Source: Patescibacteria group bacterium (GTDB lineage Bacteria; Patescibacteriota; Patescibacteriia; PEXW01). Taken from it: 64,000 bases of DNA. The first letter of the stretch is position 1. Each line of letters begins with the position of its first letter. The stretch lies in NCBI GenBank assembly GCA_041665345.1, contig JBAYJA010000001.1, positions 329,206 to 393,205 of the forward strand, given 5' to 3'. Shown one piece after another: positions 52,858 through 61,051 of this stretch. The position numbers and the translations under genes were made by a program. The notes beneath the pieces are model-generated. The model did not search any database, had not been told where the DNA came from, and worked only from the letters and a program-made list of their open reading frames with translations.

Positions 52858-54441
52858 ATGCCAAAGGAAATCCTGTCCAACGAGCGCGACATCTTTGCCA
52901 TTACCGGCCTGCCCCCGGAGGTCTTGGCTGTGGGTATGGCCAAGTACTCCCGGTCTGCCGCCTCCATTAAAGACACCATTGCCGAGCTGACCGAGGAGAA
53001 ATCTGCCGAATTCCACGAGAAGTGGGTTATTGGCTATGGGGACGCGTCTGTGGCGGATATGGCTGTCATTGCCCTGGCCTGTGAAAACGTCTCTATATTG
53101 GCAAGTAAAGCCATTGAGGACCACCGTTTGGCCAGCTACCAGGAGAAGTCCACCCGGTATATCAGCTTTGAGCGGCAGGTCCAGCCAGATGGCTCTGCCT
53201 TGCCCCGGCGCTACTACCGGCCCACACCCATTGCAGAGTCTGCGCATGCTGGTTTGTACGAACGAACCTGCGAGCAGATGTTTGACGCGTACAGCGATTT
53301 GACGCAAACCATGGTGGAGTACTACCGACGGGAATACCCCATGCCGGCGGATGGCAAGGAAAAACTGTACACGGCGAAGTTGAAAGCGCGAGCCTTGGAC
53401 ATTGCACGGTACGTCCTGCCTGCAGCTACCCTGACGAATTTGGGCTGGATTACGTCGGCCCGTAGTTTGCGGCGGGCGATTTTCAAAATGGGTCAGTCAG
53501 ATTTGGATGAAGTGCGAAAAATTGCCAGTGAGGTGCAGCACGCAGCCACGAGCCCAGCGCACAACCCACAAGCGCAGAAAGTGGAACCCTTACTCTGGAA
53601 AGCGGAAGAGCAAACCGACCCTATTGTCCAAGAGCTTGTCCAGAATTTGCGCGCCAATCTCAACCTCACAGTGAAAGGTGCACCTACCCTTATCAAGCAC
53701 ACAGAGCCCACACCCTTTGCAGCCGCGCGCCGCCGGCGTATTCGGGCTATGGCCGCCACACTCCTGGGTGACCTGCATGTACTGGACAATGAACCCCGTG
53801 TTACCTTCCACCCACATGTCCATCCCGAAGTGGAATTGGCTACGTCCCTCCTCTACGAAGAGACGCAGTTTAGCTACGGGCAAATTCAAGAGGTGGTCAT
53901 GGGTCTCAGTGCTGCGGAACGGGCTGAAGTCATTGCGGCAGGAACCGCAGACCGTGGATCGCATGATTTGATTGGCCGGCCATTTGAAGTGGGAAACTTG
54001 GTCTTTGACACGCTCATGGACTATGGTGCCTTCCGGGATTTACAACGGCATCGCATGTGCACGCAAATCAACCAGCCACTGACGGCAGAGCATGGGTTTG
54101 AAAAACCGCCCGCACCCATGGGTATGGAAGCCGCAGGTGCCTTGGACATTTTTGAAACCGTTTTCCAAGAAGTCCAAAGTGCGTACCGCATTCTGGCAGC
54201 TGACTTCCCGCACGAAGCAGCGTACGTCTTGCCTTTGGCTACCCGCAAGCGCACGCTCTTTAGCATGAATGCGCGGGAGCTGACCCATTTGGTAGAATTA
54301 CGTTCGCGCTCCGGTGGCCATGTCTCCTACCGGTGGATTGTGCGGGACATGTTGGAGCAAGCCAAAGCGCACTACCCAGAGTTGGTTCGGCATATTCGCA
54401 TTGCGGACATTGACTTCGTAGCGGATTTTCACAAACGGTAA
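52858..54441 (+). CDS. thyX: tandem-duplicated flavin-dependent thymidylate synthase (ThyX-ThyX fusion)
   Basis: Domain 1 has EDHRLASYQEKSTRY (ThyX RHR-x7-S motif with DHR but Ser retained); domain 2 has DLQRHRMCTQINQP (RHR retained, Ser position is Pro). Confidence 0.65.
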   Translation: MPKEILSNERDIFAITGLPPEVLAVGMAKYSRSAASIKDTIAELTEEKSAEFHEKWVIGYGDASVADMAVIALACENVSILASKAIEDHRLASYQEKSTRYISFERQVQPDGSALPRRYYRPTPIAESAHAGLYERTCEQMFDAYSDLTQTMVEYYRREYPMPADGKEKLYTAKLKARALDIARYVLPAATLTNLGWITSARSLRRAIFKMGQSDLDEVRKIASEVQHAATSPAHNPQAQKVEPLLWKAEEQTDPIVQELVQNLRANLNLTVKGAPTLIKHTEPTPFAAARRRRIRAMAATLLGDLHVLDNEPRVTFHPHVHPEVELATSLLYEETQFSYGQIQEVVMGLSAAERAEVIAAGTADRGSHDLIGRPFEVGNLVFDTLMDYGAFRDLQRHRMCTQINQPLTAEHGFEKPPAPMGMEAAGALDIFETVFQEVQSAYRILAADFPHEAAYVLPLATRKRTLFSMNARELTHLVELRSRSGGHVSYRWIVRDMLEQAKAHYPELVRHIRIADIDFVADFHKR

Positions 54442-54476
54442 AGCAGACTGGGAGAAGCAGCTAGCGCCAATTTTTC

Positions 54477-55232
54477 CTATTCAAATTTACCAATCAACGC
54501 GCTCCATACCACTTTCAGGATGTGGCGGTTTTGACGTTTGTAGTATCGGTGGAGGTAGACGTAGCCAATAATGAGCCCAATGGCTACGGGGATACTAAAG
54601 GGCCAGTACTGCAGGAAGAACGGTTTTAGTTCCAGGGGGTAGTACCCAATGCCAAACCACAGGAAAGACCAGATGATCTCTCCAAACAGTGCGAGCCAGA
54701 AGAAACTCCAGAACGGCATTTTTAGCATGCCTGCGGCGTAGTTCACAAAACCTAAGATGCCGGCGAACAGAAATCGAGTAACAAAAACCAAGCGCTTGCC
54801 GCCGTGCTGAATGTAGTGGTAGGCCTTTTGGTAGTCTGGGTCATCTTCGGAAACCCCAAGCCACGCCAAGAAGGTATGGCGGAATCGGCGAGCCAGCGCG
54901 TAGGCAATAACATCACCGAGGATGGAAGCAATGGTGATAATCGCAATGGAAATGGCAGGCTGAAATTCCCCGCGTGATGCCGCTAAGCCAATGCCAATAG
55001 GAAGGAAGCTTGATGGCAGGCCAGCCAGAATATTCGCCGCCACAATCCACAGGAAAATAATGGGGTAGCCGTAGCGTTGAGTCCAGGCCAGCACGTGGAC
55101 TTGCACCACGTCACTGAAAATGAAGCTCAGCACCCAGATAACAAAAAAGACCGTGAGGATCTTTATGGTAATTTTCCACCATTTTTTGGAGCGGATTTTT
55201 TTCGCCTGCATGTGGTCATTCAGCGAGTGCAT
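54477..55232 (-). CDS. DedA/TVP38 family membrane protein
   Basis: Polytopic; ...GGKRLVFVTRFLFAGILGFVNYAAGM... DedA signature. Confidence 0.7.
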   Translation of the reverse strand: MHSLNDHMQAKKIRSKKWWKITIKILTVFFVIWVLSFIFSDVVQVHVLAWTQRYGYPIIFLWIVAANILAGLPSSFLPIGIGLAASRGEFQPAISIAIITIASILGDVIAYALARRFRHTFLAWLGVSEDDPDYQKAYHYIQHGGKRLVFVTRFLFAGILGFVNYAAGMLKMPFWSFFWLALFGEIIWSFLWFGIGYYPLELKPFFLQYWPFSIPVAIGLIIGYVYLHRYYKRQNRHILKVVWSALIGKFE

Positions 55233-55321
55233 ACCTCCATATAGTACTGTTTTCCTCAGGCTTTGCCTAGGTAAAAGAAAACTGCCCTTTTGGAAAAGAG
55301 CAGTTTGAAAAGTTCGGGGCG

Positions 55322-55876
55322 CTAGGCTACGCGATGTCGTTTGAGAATGTGTCGGAGAACTGACTGTACTTCTTCGGTAAACTCAGCTACGGTGCCGTTA
55401 TTCACAATAATGTCGCTTGCGCTGGAGAGCAGAAAGGGAATGTCTCTTTCTGTGGGCTGTTTATCTTGCTGTCGCAAGTCATCCACGCCCAGGTTGCTTT
55501 CAGAAGCATCGCGGTTTCTACTCCGTATGCGTTCTAGGCGCATGGCAAGGTGGGTTTGCAAACCAACGAGCACAAAGTCTGGTCGCTGAGCCAGCCAGGT
55601 GAGTTCCTCTGCATATCGCACTGCATCAATGACGGTGAGCTGGCTCTCCCGAGCCTTCCGGAGAAGGCTGCAGATTATGGATGTTGGCCCCTCGGTGTCG
55701 TGGATTTTTGCTCCCAGGGCTTGGAGGGTTCCGCGGCTGATCGGCTCACCACGTTCCTCTAAGATTTTTCTCAGTAGCGTTGAGGCAGAAAGAATTTGAG
55801 CATCGAATTGTTCCGCGGCAATTTTGCAGAACATGCTTTTCCCGCAGGCAGAATGCCCTGTTAGTCCAATAATCAC
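55322..55876 (-). CDS. P-loop kinase-like protein (paralog B)
   Basis: MIIGLTGHSACGKS...; aligns with paralogs A and C across the full length. Confidence 0.55.
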   Translation of the reverse strand: MIIGLTGHSACGKSMFCKIAAEQFDAQILSASTLLRKILEERGEPISRGTLQALGAKIHDTEGPTSIICSLLRKARESQLTVIDAVRYAEELTWLAQRPDFVLVGLQTHLAMRLERIRSRNRDASESNLGVDDLRQQDKQPTERDIPFLLSSASDIIVNNGTVAEFTEEVQSVLRHILKRHRVA

Positions 55877-55891
55877 ATTTCCTCCTTTGGG

Positions 55892-56440
55892 TTAGGTTTT
55901 TTGCTGAAACGTCTTCAGGTAGTGGCTGACCAAATTTTCCAGGTGTTGCCGTGTGTCATTGTTCAAAATCGTGTACGCACATTTGGACAGGAGTGTTGGC
56001 ACCTCGCTTTCATTGGGGTGCATATCCTGTTGGTGCAGGGTTTTCGGTGTCAGCCTGCCTTCCATGGGGTCTCGGCGCCGGCGCCGAAGTCGTTCTAGCC
56101 GCATGGTGAAAGGTGCTTGCACTCCAACGAGATGGAAATCTGGTCGGCTCCGTATTGGCGCAATATCTGCAAGGCGCCGAATGCCGTCAATGACGAGTAG
56201 GGGTTTGGCTGTTGCCACATGGAGGCGTAGTGCCTCAGCCAGAAAGTACTCACCACCATTTTGCTTTATGGACAAGCTGAGCGCCGCAACGTGTTCGCGG
56301 GTTGGTTCAAGCTGCAGCGCCTTGAGGATTTTCCAGAGTGGGTCTGACATGAGGTAGACTTCTGCGTCAAATTTTTTTCGCAAAATCTCCGCTATTGTCC
56401 CCTTGCCTGTGCCGGGTAGGCCAATGAGACCAAGAATCAT
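55892..56440 (-). CDS. P-loop kinase-like protein (paralog C)
   Basis: MILGLIGLPGTGKGT...LVIDGIRRL...PDFHLVGVQAPFTMRLERLRRR... Confidence 0.55.
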   Translation of the reverse strand: MILGLIGLPGTGKGTIAEILRKKFDAEVYLMSDPLWKILKALQLEPTREHVAALSLSIKQNGGEYFLAEALRLHVATAKPLLVIDGIRRLADIAPIRSRPDFHLVGVQAPFTMRLERLRRRRRDPMEGRLTPKTLHQQDMHPNESEVPTLLSKCAYTILNNDTRQHLENLVSHYLKTFQQKT

Positions 56441-56549
56441 GCGCTCTCCTTTGGGTTGTTCAGGTACTTGTTTTCTGGCCGTACCTTAGCATTTTTGTAT
56501 ATCAGGTCAAGGTTGTTTCCAGGCCCAGGAGACTGCTACACTACAGCAT

Positions 56550-57281
56550 ATGACCAAAGTCAAACGGGGCGCATTTATTATGGTGGATGGCATTGACGGC
56601 TCTGGCAAAGGTACGGTGGTGGATGCCTACGGTGCCTGGGCAAAGCAGAAGCAATTGACGGTATTTGACGTGCGCGCGTACGCCAAGGGGTCTGGGAAAT
56701 TGCCCCAGCCAGCTGATTGGCAGGATGCGGATTTGCTCCTTTCTGCTGAACCAACCCATGCCGGGGTGGGCCGGGTGATCCGGGAAGAGATTGTGCACGA
56801 CAATGGTCGAGACTACTCGGGGTACGTTACCGCTGAAGCTTTTAGTCTGGACAGACTCATTCTCTACAAGTCTGTCATTCTCCCTGCACTTGCAGCCGGG
56901 AAAACAGTCGTGCAAGAACGGGGCGTTTCCTCATCCATTGCTTACCAGCCAGCCCAAGGCAAGGTGACATTGCAACAATTACTGAAGTTGGAAGGGAATG
57001 CGTTTGCCCTTAAGTTTCGGCCTGACTTACTGTTAATCACGGTCTGCCCGCCCGACGTCTGCATGCGCCGCTTGCAAGCACGAACGAAGAAGCAGGACAA
57101 GGCAATTTTTGAAAAGCGCGCGTTCCTGGCCAAGCTCGATAAGCGTTACCGCAGCCCGTGGTTCATTAATCTCTTTCAGAAGCGGGGGAGTGTGGTGGGA
57201 TTTTTGGACACCAATGATACTTTCCAGGAGACGCAGCAGGAGAGCGTGGGATACATTAACGACTTCTTGACCAAAGTATGA
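56550..57281 (+). CDS. thymidylate-kinase-family protein (dTMP kinase-like)
   Basis: VDGIDGSGKGT P-loop in Tmk-like context, about 243 aa; substrate specificity not certain. Confidence 0.55.
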   Translation: MTKVKRGAFIMVDGIDGSGKGTVVDAYGAWAKQKQLTVFDVRAYAKGSGKLPQPADWQDADLLLSAEPTHAGVGRVIREEIVHDNGRDYSGYVTAEAFSLDRLILYKSVILPALAAGKTVVQERGVSSSIAYQPAQGKVTLQQLLKLEGNAFALKFRPDLLLITVCPPDVCMRRLQARTKKQDKAIFEKRAFLAKLDKRYRSPWFINLFQKRGSVVGFLDTNDTFQETQQESVGYINDFLTKV

Positions 57282-58819
57282 AGTTAGAAACCATCATTGG
57301 TTTGGAAATGCACATTCAGCTGAAGACGGAGAGTAAAATGTTTTGCCGGTGTGCAAATGTGGATACGAATGTCCCAGCGAACAGTGCAGTCTGCCCCATC
57401 TGCCTGGGCCACCCTGGTACCTTACCTGTCCCAAACGCGCAGGCTTTGGCGTTTGCTGTGCGGTTTGCCCAAGCGCTGGATTTCAAAATCCCCATGATCA
57501 CCAAGTTTGACCGGAAGCACTACGCGTATCCAGACTTGCCCAAGGGGTACCAAATTTCGCAGTTCGACGAACCCATTGGTCAGCAGGGTCACTTACTCCT
57601 GGATGTGCAAGGGGAAGAGCGCCGTGTGCAATTTGAGCGGGTACACCTGGAAGAAGATGCAGCAAAAAATCTCCACACCCCAGAAGGTGAGGTGCTGGTA
57701 GATTTCAACCGAGCAGGTACGCCATTGCTTGAAATTGTCACCACGCCGTGCCTGACGACGCCGCAAGAAGCAAAACTTCTGCTACAGGAAATGCAACGCA
57801 TTGCTCGCGCCTTGGGTATTTCTGATGCAGATATGGAGCTGGGGCATTTGCGGTGCGATGCAAACATTTCCCTACGGCCGGTGCCAGAAGAACTGGACAA
57901 GGCGCCTTTTCCTCCCAGTGCCCATGGCTACTACCCCAAGACGGAAGTGAAGAACCTGAATTCCTTCCGCCACGTGGAGCGCGCCTTGGCGTACGAGATT
58001 ACCCGGCAAACGGAGCTGTGGGAAAAAGGCGAACCACCCAAGTTGGATTCCACTCGTGGTTGGGATGAGCGGCGGGGGAGCACGACCTTGCAGCGAGAAA
58101 AAGAAGCGAGCCATGACTACCGGTACTTCCCAGAACCAGACATTCCGGCAATTGAACTGACTGATGCATTTTTGACAACAACCCTGAAGGATGTTGTGGA
58201 ATTACCCCGAGCAAAGCGGCAGCGCTTCCAAGAACAGTACGCCCTGACGCCAATGGACGCCGCCCTGCTGACGGAGAATTTGGACGTTGCCGATTGGTTT
58301 GAGAGCGTGGTCTCCGAATTGCAGAAGTGGTTTTCCACGCGGGAAGGAACTGCAGAAATGAGTGAGGAAGACTGGACGATAGCAAATCACAAAGTCATTC
58401 GCCAGGCAGCGAATTGGGTGACCACCCGCTTGTTCGCGACGCTGTCGGAGAAGAACCAAGAATTTAGCCAGTTACACATTTCACCTGAAGACTACGCAGA
58501 GTTTATTGTCATGCTCGTGGAGCGCCGGATGAACACGACCACCGCGCAGACAGTGCTTGCAACTATGGCGAATACGGGTGAAGACCCGCACCACATTTTG
58601 GAAGCTGGTGGCTTGCACCAGGTGAGCGATCCCAAAGACCTGGTTGTCCTGGTTGACCAAGTGCTGCGCGAGCAAACTGAGATTGTAGCTGATATCAAAG
58701 CCGGCAAAATTGCCAAAGCCCAGTTCCTCATTGGCCAGGTGATGAAGCTCAGCAAAGGCAAGGCTGACCCAGCTATTCTCCGTGAGCTTATTGCGGGGAA
58801 GTTGGGGATTACCCTGTAA
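57278..58819 (+). CDS. gatB: aspartyl/glutamyl-tRNA(Asn/Gln) amidotransferase subunit B
   Basis: IGLEMHIQL...SKMFCRC N-terminus and C-terminal GatB/YqeY domain; start overlaps upstream stop. Confidence 0.92.
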   Translation: MKLETIIGLEMHIQLKTESKMFCRCANVDTNVPANSAVCPICLGHPGTLPVPNAQALAFAVRFAQALDFKIPMITKFDRKHYAYPDLPKGYQISQFDEPIGQQGHLLLDVQGEERRVQFERVHLEEDAAKNLHTPEGEVLVDFNRAGTPLLEIVTTPCLTTPQEAKLLLQEMQRIARALGISDADMELGHLRCDANISLRPVPEELDKAPFPPSAHGYYPKTEVKNLNSFRHVERALAYEITRQTELWEKGEPPKLDSTRGWDERRGSTTLQREKEASHDYRYFPEPDIPAIELTDAFLTTTLKDVVELPRAKRQRFQEQYALTPMDAALLTENLDVADWFESVVSELQKWFSTREGTAEMSEEDWTIANHKVIRQAANWVTTRLFATLSEKNQEFSQLHISPEDYAEFIVMLVERRMNTTTAQTVLATMANTGEDPHHILEAGGLHQVSDPKDLVVLVDQVLREQTEIVADIKAGKIAKAQFLIGQVMKLSKGKADPAILRELIAGKLGITL

Positions 58820-58930
58820 CTTCTTGGCGACTTTAGTCGCGTTCCGCCATAGTCATGTGAAGATAGGGATGCTTGCTTGAAGCAATCAAACCGGACTAAA
58901 GTCCGTGAGAAGAAGGGGGGAGCCTTGGTC

Positions 58931-58958
58931 TTGACATAGACAAAGGTTTACGTTAAGT
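58931..58958 (+). promoter_or_regulatory. sigma70-like promoter TTGACA-N16-TTAAGT
   Basis: Upstream of the gene at 59034. Confidence 0.4.
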
Positions 58959-59033
58959 TTTGTTGCTAAAAGAAAAGTCAATGTGAAAAAGAAATATTGA
59001 AAAACGCAGCAAAATGGCTGCAAAGGAGGAAGT

Positions 59034-59909
59034 GTGCATAAACAGAAAGCTGAACAGCTTGACCAGCTCTGGGCGGAATTATTGAAGCGGGTTGCGACAG
59101 AGCGGCCACATTCGCTGTATCCCATTGTGCAAGTCATGGCTGGAGTACCTGCTTTGCGTCAGAGAGCTTGGAATTATTATGTTCAAGCAATCCAGGCAGC
59201 GCTTGGGCAAAATGCAGGTAACGCGAAGTCGCGTTATACTTGGTATCAAGCCATGTCCGTTGTTATGGCAAATGTACCAAGTTTATTCACTGCGGCGTGG
59301 AAATTGCTCCAGCCGAAGTGCACAAGAAGAAATCTCGTTCAGTTACTCATCAGGTTTGATAGCAAACTTGCTTTTCGGCAGGAAGTTTGGGATCGACTCA
59401 CAGGAAATCATCAGCTATCCAATCTTGAATGGTGGTTGATTATCCGCGGGTGTTCGCCAATGCGAGCTGAGGTGTGGAAGCATATCCCACCCAATTTCCC
59501 TAAGCGGAGACTCGTTAACCTTGTCAATGACGAACCTAGTCTGCGCAAAGTAGGTATGTCAGTGTTGTGGGAATATCATTTAAACAGCTATGAAGTTGCG
59601 CAGCTGCTTATCTACGATGCTAAAGGGAAATTACCGGGTGGTTGGCGACGACTGCGAGAGCTTCAGCCAAGTAAGAGCTTGCTATGGGATGTCATTCAGT
59701 GTGCACCGGGGTACAAAAAAAGTGCCGCGGCCCACCTGTTACGGAATTACAAGCTTACCCCAGACGAATTGCGTAATTTGCAATTGTTAGTTCCGGATCT
59801 GCGTAAAAAAATTTCATCGCGACTTCCAAAAGCAAAAACTCCAACAAAGCCGAAGCGTACTTCCATGAGTATCGCTACGGAGATAATCAAGATTAGTAAC
59901 AGTGCGTAG
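59034..59909 (+). CDS. hypothetical helical protein
   Basis: AAGGAGGAAG RBS plus GTG; 291 aa, basic C-terminus. Confidence 0.45.
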   Translation: MHKQKAEQLDQLWAELLKRVATERPHSLYPIVQVMAGVPALRQRAWNYYVQAIQAALGQNAGNAKSRYTWYQAMSVVMANVPSLFTAAWKLLQPKCTRRNLVQLLIRFDSKLAFRQEVWDRLTGNHQLSNLEWWLIIRGCSPMRAEVWKHIPPNFPKRRLVNLVNDEPSLRKVGMSVLWEYHLNSYEVAQLLIYDAKGKLPGGWRRLRELQPSKSLLWDVIQCAPGYKKSAAAHLLRNYKLTPDELRNLQLLVPDLRKKISSRLPKAKTPTKPKRTSMSIATEIIKISNSA

Positions 59910-59935
59910 GAAATGATTCAAAAAATTGTTTCCTG

Positions 59936-59967
59936 CAACAGGGTGTCATTTGATACCCTGTTTTTTC
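59936..59967 (+). terminator. rho-independent terminator (overlaps the 3' end of miaA on the other strand)
   Basis: cagggt-gtcatttgat-accctg followed by TTTTTT. Confidence 0.7.
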
Positions 59968-60848
59968 ATCCACACTTTTACCAACCGCAAAGCCTGGACG
60001 GGGGAGTGGATCCAGTGGATCTCCTGGTTCCGCTTGAACCAGGTTCGCTGGCGTTTGGCATAATGCTGAATTTCATGCTCCAATTTTTTCACCATCTCAT
60101 GCTTCGTCAGATTGCCTTGGAGGAAGAGGGTAATGTAGCGGTACTCCAAGCCTAAATCGAGTAAACGTTTTTTAGGTACGCCAGCTTTGAGCAGTTTTTT
60201 CACTTCCGCCACCATCCCTTGCTTGAAGCGTGCGTGTAAGCGCCGGTGAATATTCTTGTGGAGCTTTCCTTTGCCAGGATCAATTCCCAACCACAGTACA
60301 TTGTATACTCGAGTTTGCTTTTGCTGAGGCACTGGCTTACCCGTTTGCATGACAATCTCCAGGGCGCGGATCAACCGTACGCGATTTTTTGTATCAATAT
60401 TTTTTGCACGTTCAGGATCGAGCTTCTGTAACGTGCGCACCAGCGCTTGCGTGGTCCATTTCGCTAACTTTTTTCTAAGAACAGGATTTGGTGGAACCGA
60501 TGGTAGGGTTTGTCCGTTGAGTAGCGAGTCAATCCAAAAGCCTGTCCCGCCAACAACCACGGGAATGTTACCCCGTTGGTAGATTTCTTTGAGCTTTCGA
60601 TTTCCATTACGAACAAAATCAGCCACCGTGAATACCTGCTTTGGATTTGCAACATCCAGCAGGTGGTGGGGGACAAGTCGCTGTTCAGCCTTTGTTACCT
60701 TCCCAGTGCCAATATCCATTCCACGGTACACCTGCCTTGAATCAGCAGACACAATCTCACCACGGAGTTTTGTGGCTAGGCGAATAGCCAGGCTGGATTT
60801 TCCTGAGGCGGTGGGGCCAACAACTGCGATGATGGGTGGGTAGGGCAT
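59946..60848 (-). CDS. miaA: tRNA dimethylallyltransferase
   Basis: IIAVVGPTASGKSSLAI P-loop, ...SADSRQVYRGMDIGT... Confidence 0.9.
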   Translation of the reverse strand: MPYPPIIAVVGPTASGKSSLAIRLATKLRGEIVSADSRQVYRGMDIGTGKVTKAEQRLVPHHLLDVANPKQVFTVADFVRNGNRKLKEIYQRGNIPVVVGGTGFWIDSLLNGQTLPSVPPNPVLRKKLAKWTTQALVRTLQKLDPERAKNIDTKNRVRLIRALEIVMQTGKPVPQQKQTRVYNVLWLGIDPGKGKLHKNIHRRLHARFKQGMVAEVKKLLKAGVPKKRLLDLGLEYRYITLFLQGNLTKHEMVKKLEHEIQHYAKRQRTWFKRNQEIHWIHSPVQALRLVKVWMKKQGIK

Positions 60849-61051
60849 AGAGTGATTGGAGTATGATTTGCTTTTTTTGTCAAACTATGGTACAATATCC
60901 TTAGAATATCAAAAAAAGCGGAGAAATCATGCAGAATCACTTGAAGGGTACCATGCAACCACTTCAGTATCGTTTCCGGATCTAAGAACTCCGACGCTGT
61001 GCCGTCGGCTTTTTTCATTTTTTCCTTCACCATTTCCTAACCCCCAGGCAT

